DNA of 64,000 nt from positions 203,043 to 267,042 of the forward strand of contig JAGWBV010000003.1 in NCBI GenBank assembly GCA_021295715.1, written 5' to 3'. The position numbers and the translations under genes were made by a program. Below the pieces are notes generated by a model, which made no database searches, had not been told where the DNA came from, and saw only the letters and a list, made by a program, of their open reading frames with translations. Below are positions 19,746 to 30,345 of this stretch, in pieces (the stretch's first letter is position 1; the number at the start of each line of letters is the position of its first letter). Source of the DNA: Candidatus Poribacteria bacterium. GTDB lineage: Bacteria > Poribacteria > WGA-4E > WGA-3G.

Positions 19746-20555
19746 ATGATGACACCTGAACAACGTTATCTTTTCGATGTTACCGGTTACCTTCACCTGA
19801 AGAATGTCATGAGTGACGAAGAACTGAAAACGGCGCAAGAAGCCGCAAACGAATACATCAACACGCCTACTGAAGAACTCCCACCCGGATTTAATTCCAG
19901 CGAAAAGAACCTCCCAAACGGCTTTGCCTTTGCGAAACCCTTAGAGGCACTCACGATGCACCGATCAACGTGGCCGATCATCAAGGAACTGACGAATAAC
20001 AAACCGCAGTTGATGCGTGGCACAATGATTGCGGATCGGGCGGGTGTGTCAGAGTCGGCGGAAGGGCTCCGCTTGCATTGCGCACGAGAGGATTTTGGAT
20101 GGCACTGTAACCGTTATGAGGTCCGACACGGTCAAATCTTCTGTGACGATTTTGTTGTCTTTCCGTATCTGTTCGATGTGCATCCGGGAGATGGTGGATT
20201 GCTGGTCGTTCCCGGCACACACAAGACTCTTTTTGATCGTCCCGAACACCTCTACAACAACGGAAAGATTAAGGATACTGATGATGTTCCAGAAGGGGTC
20301 GTTAACATCACACCAAAGGCAGGGGATTTCGTAATCATCTCTGAACTCTTGACGCACGGTGCACTGCCTTGGAAACCGAAAGACCGCTATCGTTGCGTCC
20401 TGACCTTACGCTACAGACCGCAACATCGTGGCGAGAGTCGAGTGCCGCCAGAGGTTAGAACACGATTATCACCAGAAACGCTGGAACTCATCTCCCAGGC
20501 AGACCACTATCACACGAAAGAGATCGTTAAAAAGGATGTTATTACATTGACGTAA
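19746..20555 (+). CDS. phytanoyl-CoA dioxygenase (PhyH) family protein
   Basis: PhyH-like N-terminus (RYLFDVTGYLHLKNVMSDEEL) and a HxD..H triad context. Confidence 0.8.
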   Translation: MMTPEQRYLFDVTGYLHLKNVMSDEELKTAQEAANEYINTPTEELPPGFNSSEKNLPNGFAFAKPLEALTMHRSTWPIIKELTNNKPQLMRGTMIADRAGVSESAEGLRLHCAREDFGWHCNRYEVRHGQIFCDDFVVFPYLFDVHPGDGGLLVVPGTHKTLFDRPEHLYNNGKIKDTDDVPEGVVNITPKAGDFVIISELLTHGALPWKPKDRYRCVLTLRYRPQHRGESRVPPEVRTRLSPETLELISQADHYHTKEIVKKDVITLT

Positions 20556-20619
20556 TCGGGGTTACAACCCCCACTTTGGGGTTACAAACCCTCCCCCCAA
20601 ATGCGTTCTTAGATTTGCG
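20556..20619. terminator. bidirectional terminator region between convergent PhyH genes (tandem GGGGTTACAACCCC-type hairpins)
   Basis: Two tandem G4-loop-C4 hairpins lie between the stop codons at 20555 (+) and 20620 (-). Confidence 0.4.
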
Positions 20620-21495
20620 TTAATCGACGGGTCTTACTGCTGGCGTGCCATGCTGCTCACACCATGAGGCAAGTGGGCTTTCACCACCGCCTGGATGATA
20701 TTCTTGCGTTTTCTTGAAGGGTTCTCCAACCAGATACCGATCGAGCGGCGACAACTTATCCAACAAATCCTGTTCCTGTGTCCGATAATCCATCGGCATT
20801 ACCCAACGGTAACCGTAACCGAACATTACAGCTTTGCGCGTCTGGTCAGTTAGGTTTGTTGCCCCTGCATGAAAAATACGATTCTCAAACAGTAGGCAAT
20901 CGCCGGGTTGTAGGCTCGGTTCGAGGGCACCCTCTGGATCCACCTTTCCTTCTGGAATGGAAATCCGTTCGAGCAGATGATTGCTACCGGGAGCGACGAG
21001 CGTTGCACCGGAATTGGGTTCGCTCAGATCGGTGAAGTAGTAGGCGCATTTTAGCAAGATGCGTGGTAACGTGTTACCGTGTGTTCTTGTCGCGATAGCG
21101 TAGTCGCGATGCCAACCCGGCATACGGGCGGTGTCCGGTGTGTCCGGTGGATCCGGGTGTTTATATATCAGGTGTGAGGTCATGAGTTGCAAATGCGCCC
21201 CGAGCAGCTGCACGACAACAGGCAGAATGGTCTCCTGCGCGATGAGGGGAATGAAGGTATCGTCAATGGAAATGCAATTTCGGAAACTGTCATATAAGTT
21301 GTTGGAGTTGTGTTGGCGGTTCTCACGCCGATCGCTCGCCATGAGTCGATCGCTCGCTTCAATGAGTTCTTCAAGAGTATCCGAATCCAGCACGTTCCGG
21401 ACGATGAGATAGCCATTGTCGTCAAAATGACGTATGTCTTCATCGGAGAGCGGATACCAGTCGAGGTCAATCGCTGCTTCGTTTGTGTGTGCCAT
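20620..21495 (-). CDS. phytanoyl-CoA dioxygenase (PhyH) family protein
   Basis: PhyH-like N-terminus (YPLSDEDIRHFDDNGYLIVRNVLD) and a HxD triad (WHRD). Confidence 0.8.
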   Translation of the reverse strand: MAHTNEAAIDLDWYPLSDEDIRHFDDNGYLIVRNVLDSDTLEELIEASDRLMASDRRENRQHNSNNLYDSFRNCISIDDTFIPLIAQETILPVVVQLLGAHLQLMTSHLIYKHPDPPDTPDTARMPGWHRDYAIATRTHGNTLPRILLKCAYYFTDLSEPNSGATLVAPGSNHLLERISIPEGKVDPEGALEPSLQPGDCLLFENRIFHAGATNLTDQTRKAVMFGYGYRWVMPMDYRTQEQDLLDKLSPLDRYLVGEPFKKTQEYHPGGGESPLASWCEQHGTPAVRPVD

Positions 21496-21727
21496 TGTTG
21501 TCCTCCGGCGCGGTTATTACCTACAACTTCGTTCTTCGCTATGGGTCATTGATCCTATCGTGACAGGATATTCTCTGGAAGTCCCTTCCCCCTTATCAGG
21601 GTGCAGAAATACTCCTTTCTTCTGATTATATTATACCGAAGACGTATTAAACCACAAATCAAATTCGGAAGACGCTCTAAGGCGAGGTTGGGAAACCTCG
21701 CCAGCAGACAAATAGGGGAAAGAGGTG

Positions 21728-23791
21728 CTATTGAAGCAGTTCTACAAATGCTTCGACATCCGTTGTGGGGGCTTGGCAGACGTAATTCTCGCAGACGTAA
21801 GCGGTTGCGGTGTTGTCAACTTGGGACTTGTTCGCGAGAAGCGGTAATGTCTGTCCGTCAGTGGATTCACTGAAAGCAACGATCTTGTTGGGCTGATACG
21901 TGCCGTGTAATGCTGCTAACATCGCGTCCGTTTTCGCATCCCCTTTTTCACCAACAATCGCAATCTCTTTCGGTGTCGATAGCAGGAATGCTAACTCACA
22001 GAGCAGTTGACCGGATCCTGCGGGCATCCCCTCCATCTGATGGAAGTAGAGCAACAACGTCTCAACGGCTTTGTCGTGGAATCCGGAGTTGTCGAGGTGT
22101 TTGGCGAGTCGTAAGAGGCTGTGAATCGCCATAGATGCACCGGAAGGCGTGGCACCGTCGTAAGCGGATTTGGATTGGACGATAAGGGTTTCGTGCGCTT
22201 TGCCGGTGAAGAAGAACCCGTCGCCTGCGTCGTCACCGAACTGATCGATCATGATGTGTGTGAGACGCTCGGCTTCAGTAAGCCATCTCGGTTCAAAACT
22301 GGCTTCGTAGAGAGCGATTAACCCAGCGATGAAGTAGGCGTAATCCTCAAGATAGGCGTTGAGGTGGCTTTTACCAGCACGATAGGTGCGCAAAAGAAGT
22401 CCGTTCTCTTGAGATAGGGTTGTCAAGACGAATTCAGCGGATTTTTCACACGCCTCAAGGTATTCCGGTTTCCCAGTCAGTTGATAGCCCATCGCCATAC
22501 CGCGGATCATAATTCCGTTCCAACTGGTGAGGATTTTATCGTCTAATCCAGGTTTAATCCGCTTTTCCCTCTCATCAAACAGTTTCTGTTTCCCATCTGC
22601 GAGGAGAGTTTCCAGTTCTCCGACATCCATCTGCAGTTTTCGGGCAAGAATGTCAGGTGGCGTTTGGACTTGGAGAATGTTTTCTCCTTCAAAGTTGCCT
22701 TGTGGTGTAATGTCGTAATACTCACAGAAGATTTCGGCGTTTGCCTCACCGATGATGTCTTCCACATCGTTCGGTTCCCAGACGAAGAATTTGCCCTCTA
22801 CGCCTTCGCTATCAGCATCTTGGGTGGAATAGAAACCGCCGTTTTCTGCGTCGTACATCTCGCGAAGAAGGTAGTCGAGGGTTTCGGTGGCTATATCGCG
22901 ATAGAACGGTTTCTGAGTGGCTTGGTACGCCTCAAAATAGGCGACGACGAGTTGTGCGTTGTCGTAAAGCATTTTCTCGAAATGCGGGACAAGCCAGTGT
23001 GCGTCGGTGGAATATCGGTGGAAACCGCCACCGAGTTGGTCATACAGACCACCGCGCGCCATCTTCTCCAGCGTAAGCTCGACCATCTCTAAGGCGTTGG
23101 CGTTGCCACTGTGATGCCAATAGCGTAACAGGAAAGGCAATCCCATGCTGGGCGGGAATTTAGGGGCATTGCCGAATCCACCGTGTTGCGAATCGAATTG
23201 GGAGTGGTAGTGCTGAAAAGCATGGGTCATCAATTCTTCCGTGAGTTCATGGTGGTGCGGGTCAACGACGTTACTCATCTGGGTAAGGTGTGCGGTAATT
23301 TGGTCGGCTTGCTGTAGGACCTCCACATTCTGATCGCTGAACGCCTCGGCAACAGCGTGCATCACCTTTGGAAACCCGGGTCTACCGTATCTGTCAGTCG
23401 GTGGGTAATAGGTTCCGCCGTAAAAGGGTTTCAGATCAGGCGTGAGGAAGACTGTCATGGGCCAGCCGCCTTGACGCGTCATGATCTGGACGGCGTTCAT
23501 GTAGATTTCATCTAAATCAGGGCGCTCTTCTCTATCGACCTTGACATTGATGAAAAGTTCGTTCATGACCGCGGCGATCTCCTCATTTTCAAAGGACTCA
23601 CGTTCCATGACGTGGCACCAATGGCAAGCGGAGTAGCCGATACTCAGAAGAATAGGCTTTTGCTCATCCTTGGCGCGCGTCAACGCTTCTTCGCCCCACG
23701 GATACCAGTCAACGGGATTATGCGCGTGCTGGAGCAGATAAGGGCTTGTTTCATGGATAAGGCGGTTGGTATGCTGAGATGTATCGTGCAT
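21728..23791 (-). CDS. thioredoxin-domain protein, YyaL/DUF255 family (thioredoxin fold plus six-hairpin glycosidase-like domain)
   Basis: N-terminal [12 protein letters not shown] ... ACHWCHVM motif and 687 aa length are typical of this family. Confidence 0.8.
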   Translation of the reverse strand: MHDTSQHTNRLIHETSPYLLQHAHNPVDWYPWGEEALTRAKDEQKPILLSIGYSACHWCHVMERESFENEEIAAVMNELFINVKVDREERPDLDEIYMNAVQIMTRQGGWPMTVFLTPDLKPFYGGTYYPPTDRYGRPGFPKVMHAVAEAFSDQNVEVLQQADQITAHLTQMSNVVDPHHHELTEELMTHAFQHYHSQFDSQHGGFGNAPKFPPSMGLPFLLRYWHHSGNANALEMVELTLEKMARGGLYDQLGGGFHRYSTDAHWLVPHFEKMLYDNAQLVVAYFEAYQATQKPFYRDIATETLDYLLREMYDAENGGFYSTQDADSEGVEGKFFVWEPNDVEDIIGEANAEIFCEYYDITPQGNFEGENILQVQTPPDILARKLQMDVGELETLLADGKQKLFDEREKRIKPGLDDKILTSWNGIMIRGMAMGYQLTGKPEYLEACEKSAEFVLTTLSQENGLLLRTYRAGKSHLNAYLEDYAYFIAGLIALYEASFEPRWLTEAERLTHIMIDQFGDDAGDGFFFTGKAHETLIVQSKSAYDGATPSGASMAIHSLLRLAKHLDNSGFHDKAVETLLLYFHQMEGMPAGSGQLLCELAFLLSTPKEIAIVGEKGDAKTDAMLAALHGTYQPNKIVAFSESTDGQTLPLLANKSQVDNTATAYVCENYVCQAPTTDVEAFVELLQ

Positions 23792-23852
23792 GTGGGCATT
23801 TCTCCAATGTGTGGGACGCTAACTCAGAGGATATCTGCGCGCTTAAGATAAT

Positions 23853-23880
23853 GGGCGGGTGCTAAGAAACCCCGCCCGTC
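23853..23880 (-). terminator. GC hairpin downstream of the tRNA pair (possible terminator)
   Basis: GGGCGGGTGCTAAGAAACCCCGCCC forms an 8-bp stem. The U-tract is weak. Confidence 0.3.
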
Positions 23881-23893
23881 CAAGTGAAGAGGA

Positions 23894-23965
23894 TACCGCT
23901 ACGGGGATTCGAACCCCGGTTTGGTGGCTGAGAACCACCCGTCCTAACCCCTAGACGATAGCGGC
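23894..23965 (-). tRNA. tRNA-Glu (anticodon CUC)
   Basis: Cloverleaf read by hand: acceptor GCCGCUA / UAGCGGU (G1-U72), a Glu-type 3-bp D stem, anticodon loop UUCUCAG, and a GGGGTTCGAATCCCC T-arm. Confidence 0.8.
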
Positions 23966-23986
23966 ACATTGATAGAATGAAAGGGA

Positions 23987-24057
23987 CTGCCCGGGAAGGA
24001 CTCGAACCTTCACTACGTGGTCCAGAGCCACGCGTCCTACCATTAGACGACCGGGCA
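23987..24057 (-). tRNA. tRNA-Gln (anticodon CUG)
   Basis: Acceptor UGCCCGG / CCGGGCA with the U1-A72 pair typical of bacterial tRNA-Gln, anticodon loop CUCUGGA, and a GAAGGTTCGAGTCCTTC T-arm. Confidence 0.8.
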
Positions 24058-24134
24058 TTGATCCACATTTGCAGACCTGTTGCGTTTTTAAGTATATCTT
24101 AATTAACAGCGTTTGTCAATTCTTTTTCAAGAAT

Positions 24135-25625
24135 TTACTGCATTGGTATGACCGAGACTGAGATATTGGAAAGGGTATAGAAAATATTGAGGAATCCAAT
24201 GAGAATCGTTGGGATGACAAAGACGCTCAAGAGCACGAACGTGCCGGTAGAAAAGGAGACCTGCGCTGTTTCCTCCGCAGCATCTTCGAGAAACATCGCT
24301 TTCACAATACGGGCATAATAGTAGAGCGAGACGACGCTATTGAGTAGACCGACAAATGCGAGCCAGTAATATCCTTGCTCAAGGACAGCGGCAAAGAGTA
24401 GCCATTTTCCGAAGAAACCCGCGAACGGCGGAATCCCTGTCAGCGAAAAGAGGAAAATCGCCATTGCCCAAGCGACCAATGGTGCACGCGAGGCGAGACC
24501 CCGGTAGCCCTCAATCATTTCACTCCCCTCCTCATTCGCAATCAGGACAACGACATAAAACGCGCCTAAGTTCATAAAGAGATAAACAACGAGGTAGAAG
24601 AGGATAGCGCCGACGCCTTCAGAGGTAAGCAGAACACCGCCCATCAAAAGGTAACCCCCGTGTGCGATGCTGGAATAAGCCAATAAACGTTTCACATTCT
24701 GCTGTGGCAAAGCGGCGAGATTTCCGACAGTCATCGTCAATGCGGAGACTATTGCTAACATAAAGGTCCAATCAACAGCTTGCATCAATTCAGAGTTGCC
24801 GAACCCGGAGTAGAAAAACCTGATGAACAAGGCAAAACCTGCGGATTTTGAGGCAACCGACAGAAAAGCAGTGATTGGAATAGGTGCGCCTTCGTAGACA
24901 TCAGGGGACCACATGTGAAACGGGACTGAGGCTATCTTATAGCCTACACCCGCAAGAATGAAGGTTATCGCAATCAGCACGGCAAGAGGGGCAACATCCC
25001 CAGATGCGAGGAGCTCGGTGAGTCGCACGCTAATTTGACCGAGATCGCCGGAGCCAGTCATCCCGAAGAGTAGGGACAATCCAAAAAGCATGGTTCCCGA
25101 CGCGACTGCCCCATACGTGATATATTTGAATGCGGCTTCACTCGAACGGGGGTTATGCGTCAAGAATCCAGCGAGAATATAGGAGGTAAGACTCACCGTT
25201 TCCAACGAGATGAATATCATCAACAGATTCGTTGACGAAGCCATCAGGAACATTCCGAGGGTAATGGCTAACAAGAGCGCGTAGTATTCGCCTTTCAATC
25301 GTGCGTCGAGTTCCTCGGAGCGGAGAGAAAAGAGAATCGTTGCAGCCGTTGCGAGCAGCAACAAAACTTTGAAAAAGCTGGAAAACACGTCAAGTCGGAC
25401 CATTCCCAAAAAGAGAGAAATAGGACCTTCATCGCCGAAAGAGAAGTGTGTGATAAGGACAGCGGCAAAAACGCAAATACAGCCTGCGAGGGAGAGATGT
25501 GCGACGGCGGAACTTTCTCTATCCTTCACGACGAGGTCAAGGAGCACAACAGCGGCGGCAAAAATCACAAGGAGGATTTCTGGACTGAAGTAGAGGAGGC
25601 TTTCGATGTTGCTTAAGGGTTGCAT
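24135..25625 (-). CDS. nuoN: NADH-quinone oxidoreductase subunit N
   Basis: A 496-aa polytopic antiporter-like subunit at the distal end of the nuo operon. ATG 25625 is fused to the repeat box. Confidence 0.9.
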   Translation of the reverse strand: MQPLSNIESLLYFSPEILLVIFAAAVVLLDLVVKDRESSAVAHLSLAGCICVFAAVLITHFSFGDEGPISLFLGMVRLDVFSSFFKVLLLLATAATILFSLRSEELDARLKGEYYALLLAITLGMFLMASSTNLLMIFISLETVSLTSYILAGFLTHNPRSSEAAFKYITYGAVASGTMLFGLSLLFGMTGSGDLGQISVRLTELLASGDVAPLAVLIAITFILAGVGYKIASVPFHMWSPDVYEGAPIPITAFLSVASKSAGFALFIRFFYSGFGNSELMQAVDWTFMLAIVSALTMTVGNLAALPQQNVKRLLAYSSIAHGGYLLMGGVLLTSEGVGAILFYLVVYLFMNLGAFYVVVLIANEEGSEMIEGYRGLASRAPLVAWAMAIFLFSLTGIPPFAGFFGKWLLFAAVLEQGYYWLAFVGLLNSVVSLYYYARIVKAMFLEDAAEETAQVSFSTGTFVLLSVFVIPTILIGFLNIFYTLSNISVSVIPMQ

Positions 25626-25845
25626 ATTTTAATTATACCTTGCGGTTCGGTCAGGTGCGTGGGTTCAATAATGTTTATCGGCGTATAACCGCCTGCGTGT
25701 TTTTGCTTGGGGTCTTTGCTTGGGCGTTTCTGCGTATTGTTGCAGGCTTTCTCATTTACCTGATTGACAGAATCCGTTTTTAATTTACCTGCAGGACACC
25801 GATGAGGTTGGTAACCGACTCGGAATGATAATGTGTCTACTGCCG
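25626..25845 (-). repeat. copy of composite intergenic element between nuoM and nuoN; includes an untranslated 31-bp duplicate of the nuoM 3' end
   Basis: ATTTTAATTATACCTTGCGG at 25626-25645. GCAGGACACCGATGAGGTTGGTAACCGACTC occurs at 25791-25821 and again at 25854-25884. Confidence 0.6.
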
Positions 25846-27354
25846 TTACTGATGCAGGACACCGATGAGGTTGGTAACCGACTCTCTGAACATATCAATA
25901 GCGAAGTTGGGCCAGACACCAAGCACGATGGTTAAGATTCCAAGCGGCACCAGTGTCAAGATTTCACGTCCATTGATTTCGGACAGTTTTTCATATTTAG
26001 GGTTGAGTGTCCCCAAGAAAACCCGTTGAAGCGTCCAGAGGAAATATGCCGCACCGACAACAATACCAATTGTGGACAAGATAGTCAACAGTTTGAATCT
26101 ATCGTAGGCACCGAGTAAGGAGAGTGCCTCTCCGACGAATCCGCTCAAGCCGGGCAGTCCCAAAGAAGCCATGAACGCAAGCGTCGTAATGCCAGTATAG
26201 ACGGGCATTTTACTTCCCAGGCCGCCGAATCCATTGATTTCACGGTGGTGCGCTCTGTCGTAAAGAACACCAACGAGTAGGAAGAGCATCGCACTGATGA
26301 CACCGTGGTTAAACATCTGAAGAATCGCACCGGTGATGCCACTATCATTTCGAGCGGCAAGCCCCAAGATAACGAAGCCCATGTGCCCGATACTGGAATA
26401 CGCCACCAACTTCTTAAAGTCGGTTTGTGCCAACGCACAGAAGGAACCGTAGACGATATTAATAAATCCAAGAAGTGCAAGACTATTGCCCCAGAAACCT
26501 ATCCCGTTCGTAAAATGGTCCAAGCCTTGTGGGAACATCGCCATGTTAACCCGAACCAGTCCATAAGTTCCCATCTTTAGGAGAATCCCCGCAAGGATAA
26601 CGCTAATGGCTGTCGGTGCTTCGACGTGTGCATCGGGAAGCCATGTATGGAACGGGAAGATCGGGACCTTAACGGCAAACCCGATAAAGAAACCCACGAA
26701 AACCCAGATCTGGAAGTCGGGGTTGTTAAGGGCGTGTCCTGCTGTAGATGCTAACGTAATGAGGGTCGGAATATCAAAGGTCCGCGCACCCGGTGCTCCA
26801 CTGTTGAGATAGACCGCTATCATCGCAACCAACATTAACACACTACCGAAGAGCGTATAAAGGAAGAACTTAATCGCAGCGTATTCGCGGCGCGGTCCGC
26901 CCCAGATACCGATAAGGAAGTACATCGGCAGGAGTGTCAGTTCAAAGAAAACGTAGAAAAGGAACAGATCCAAGGCAGCGAAGAAACCCAGCATCCCGGT
27001 TTCGAGCAGTAGGAACAACGCCATGTAAGCCTTGATACCTTTCTCGATGTTGCGCCAAGAGGCAATAACGCAGATAGGACCTAAGAGTGCAGTGAGGAGC
27101 AGAAGCGTCACACTGAGTCCGTCAATGCCGATGTGGTATTGGATATTAAATGCTTGGATCCAAGGAACGTTGACGACGTACTGCGTTCCTGCAGTCGAGC
27201 GGTCGTAGGATATGAATAAAGCGACAGCGAGTGCGAGAGGAATGAGTGTAAAAAGGAGCGTAACGCGTTTAACCAGTTCCTCTGACTCGCGCGGCAGAAG
27301 TAAAACAGCGATCATCCCGAGCAACGGGATAAAAATCATTAGCGACAGTAACAT
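25846..27354 (-). CDS. nuoM: NADH-quinone oxidoreductase subunit M
   Basis: A 502-aa antiporter-like subunit with the conserved TWLPDAHVEAPT region. Confidence 0.9.
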   Translation of the reverse strand: MLLSLMIFIPLLGMIAVLLLPRESEELVKRVTLLFTLIPLALAVALFISYDRSTAGTQYVVNVPWIQAFNIQYHIGIDGLSVTLLLLTALLGPICVIASWRNIEKGIKAYMALFLLLETGMLGFFAALDLFLFYVFFELTLLPMYFLIGIWGGPRREYAAIKFFLYTLFGSVLMLVAMIAVYLNSGAPGARTFDIPTLITLASTAGHALNNPDFQIWVFVGFFIGFAVKVPIFPFHTWLPDAHVEAPTAISVILAGILLKMGTYGLVRVNMAMFPQGLDHFTNGIGFWGNSLALLGFINIVYGSFCALAQTDFKKLVAYSSIGHMGFVILGLAARNDSGITGAILQMFNHGVISAMLFLLVGVLYDRAHHREINGFGGLGSKMPVYTGITTLAFMASLGLPGLSGFVGEALSLLGAYDRFKLLTILSTIGIVVGAAYFLWTLQRVFLGTLNPKYEKLSEINGREILTLVPLGILTIVLGVWPNFAIDMFRESVTNLIGVLHQ

Positions 27355-27641
27355 TTTTTAATTATTCCTTGCGGTTCGGTCAGGCGGGTTTAAGGTTTAG
27401 AATGCCTTTCCGTATACCCGTCCTCCATTTCATTACGGACTATGCGTTTTGTAAAATTAACTTAAGACAGCAGCCTGCAACAACGGAGCAGGCGGAGCCC
27501 CCAAAATCGTTATGAAACTAACCCCTTCATTTAACGCCTTGCGAACAATTAGAAAACCTCCACTTCGTTACGGGCTACGGGTTTGTGCGACACCAAGTCC
27601 CTGCGCGTAATGGAATGGAGTGCGGGGTGAAAACCCAACAG
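27355..27641 (-). repeat. copy of composite intergenic element between nuoL and nuoM
   Basis: TTTTTAATTATTCCTTGCGG at 27355-27374 is fused to the nuoM ATG. The distal GCCTGCAACAACGGAGCAGGCGG hairpin module is present. Confidence 0.55.
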
Positions 27642-29814
27642 TTAGAGAACCCGAAAAATCAAGATTAACAACACAATTCCCGCGAGCACAACGAAGAGAT
27701 AGGTCTGAATCGCGCCGGTCTGGATCTGACGAACTCTTCCACCAACTGCCCATGTAACTTCAGCGACTCGATTGACGATGCCATCAACGACACGATTATC
27801 AAAAGCACCGATGAACACAGCGAGGAAATCGCGCGTTACTTTTCCAACACCGTTGACGATACCGTCAACAATAGTTCCATCAAATTGAGCAAAGAGTCGT
27901 GCTTTCCACACCGTTAGCGCGACCAATACATCGTCGTAAAATTCGTCAAAGTAGTATTTATGCCAGAAAAGATTATAAAGCGGTCGAAATGTCGTTGCGA
28001 CAGATTCGGCAGACAAAGTTCTCCTGTGGTAGAACAACCATGAGAGCAGTATACCTAATCCAGCGGCGCAGATAGATAGAATCATCGCGATGGCATGTGC
28101 GGGACCGTGTCCATGATGTCCATCATCCGCGTGCGCGCCGTGTGTATCGTGTCCGCTTTCTTCGGCTGCGACTGCTTCAGAAACGCCGAAAAGCGATAGT
28201 GTAATCCCCGCCTTGTTAGTTCTGCTGTCCGGTGAGACATGCGCGTGCTGCGGTGCGTGAAGATGCGGTTGTTCTGGCGGTTTAATATAGTTATCGTTAA
28301 ACCAAAGTATATTCACGACAGGCAGACTTAAAGCAGCCAAAATGAGGAGCGGCACGGTCATCGACTTCGGGGATTCATGCGCCATGTCGTGCATCTCCTG
28401 ATTGCGCGGTTCGCCGAAGAAGGTCATGAAAATCAGTCGGAACATATAGAACGCCGTAATTCCAGCGGCAAAGAGTGCTATACCGAATAGGAGATAGTGA
28501 TGGACGGAGTTCCATTCCATCGCCCGCCCGAGCACGCCGCCTAAGATCGCGTCCTTGCTCCAGAACCCGGAGAAGACAAAAGGCACTCCAGAAATAGACA
28601 ACGTTGCGATGAGCATCGTGACAAAAGTAATTGGCATTTTGTGGCGCAATCCGCCCATGTTCCGCATGTCCTGATCGGGCGGAATCTCGGAACCGTGATC
28701 ATGGACTAAATCGTGGTCGCCGTGGGCATGCCCATGTTCATCGTGGTCGCCGTGGGCATGATGCATAGCGTGGAAAGCGTGGATAACGCTTCCTGAACCG
28801 AGAAACAGCAGTGCCTTGAAAAAGGCGTGTGTCGTGAGGTGGAAAAGTCCCGCGACATAACTGCCAGCCCCAATCCCAAGCATCATATAGCCAAGTTGGC
28901 TAATTGTGGAGTATGCCAGAACCCGTTTAATGTCGAAGCGAACAATAGCGATAGTCGCAGCGATGAGTGCGGTAATACCACCGATATAGGCAATTACCAG
29001 AGACGAGGTCTCTGTTAGAATCGGGAACATCCGAGCCGTGAGATATACCCCGGCGGCAACCATTGTGGCGGCATGAATCAATGCACTAACGGGTGTAGGA
29101 CCCTCCATCGCATCAGGGAGCCATGTATGCAACGGCACCTGTGCCGATTTACCAATAGCACCACAAAAGATGAGGACACCTGTTCAATAGAGAAGCAGCC
29201 TGGGCAAAAATACCGTCTCCTCCGTAGAGTGAGAGCGTTTCAAATTTGGTGAAGAGCATCATCATGCCGATGAACATACCGACATCACCGACACGGGTCG
29301 TCAAAAATGCTTTTTTACAGGCATTCGCGGCGGAGTCCTTTTCAAACCAGAAACCGATGAGCAGATAAGAACAGAGTCCAACGAGTTCCCAACCGATATA
29401 AATACCGAGCAGGTTATCCGACACGACCAAGAAAAGCATGGAAAAGGAAAAGAGCGAAAGGTAGGCAAAAAACCGTGGGTATCTCGGATCCCCGTGCATG
29501 TAGCCCATCGAGAAAATATGAACGAGGCTACTGACGAGCGTGACAACAATCAGCATGATCACTGTAACGCTGTCCAAATAGAAACCCATAGAGAAGGTAA
29601 CACCACCGAGCGAAATCCACTGAACTGTATAAGGGACTGGGTCGGGAACGACTTCTCGCAAAAGCAGGAGCGAAGAAATAAGTGCAACGAGCATTGCTGC
29701 AGTGGATAGATAATCCTGTCGCGGGAAACTCCGATTTCCCAAGCCCAAAAGCCCAAAGATCGCAAATGCGGCAAGTGGGCAAAGCAAGATGAGACTTATT
29801 AAAAATACAATCAT
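27642..29814 (-). CDS. nuoL: NADH-quinone oxidoreductase subunit L, reading frame interrupted (two ORFs 29149..29814 and 27642..29138)
   Basis: The N-terminal ORF ends abnormally (... AQAASLLNRCPHLLWCYW*). The next frame reads TGVLIFCGAIGKSAQVPLHTWLPDAMEGPTPVSALIHAATMV, which is the canonical NuoL motif. A 1-nt indel lies near 29181-29190. Confidence 0.75.
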
Positions 29815-29936
29815 ACTTTGTTAATTTAAGCCTTTCCTTCTATTAGTTTTCGGTTATCAGTTCTCGGCTATCGGTCAAGACAGGTTTTGTGCCTCCGAAA
29901 CCTCTTGTAACTGATAACTGAATACTGATAACTCTC

Positions 29937-30245
29937 TTAACCTTTTAAGGTATCAACTTCGTTGGGACGTATGCTACCGAATTCACGGTAGATCGCGAGG
30001 ATAATCGCCAAAAAGACAGCGGCTTCCGCTGCGGCGAGTACAATCCCAAAAATCGCGATAATTTGTCCGTTGATGTCCTCCGGCGGTGTCATAAAACGCG
30101 AGAATGCGGCAAAGTTAAGATTACACGAATTAAGAATAAGTTCAATTCCCATCAAAATACTAATGGCATTGCGTCGGGTCAGGACAGCGAAGATACCGAG
30201 CGTGAACAGAATCGCACTGATAACGAGATAGTGTTGTAGGGTCAT
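29937..30245 (-). CDS. nuoK: NADH-quinone oxidoreductase subunit K
   Basis: It is 102 aa with three TM helices and the conserved Glu-containing TM2/TM3. Confidence 0.85.
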   Translation of the reverse strand: MTLQHYLVISAILFTLGIFAVLTRRNAISILMGIELILNSCNLNFAAFSRFMTPPEDINGQIIAIFGIVLAAAEAAVFLAIILAIYREFGSIRPNEVDTLKG

Positions 30246-30345
30246 TTTTTTAGTGGCTATCGGCTATCGGCTATCGGCTATCAGTAAAGAGGATTTCGTT
30301 TAACAAAAGACTCTTGTGACTGATGGCTGATGGCTGATGGCTATC

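Noticed and set aside
25626-25645. AAGG within the start-proximal box acting as the Shine-Dalgarno sequence
   Set aside because: It lies 15-16 nt upstream of the ATG, while other genes in the window have GGAGG at 5-9 nt. I treat it as part of the box rather than an RBS.
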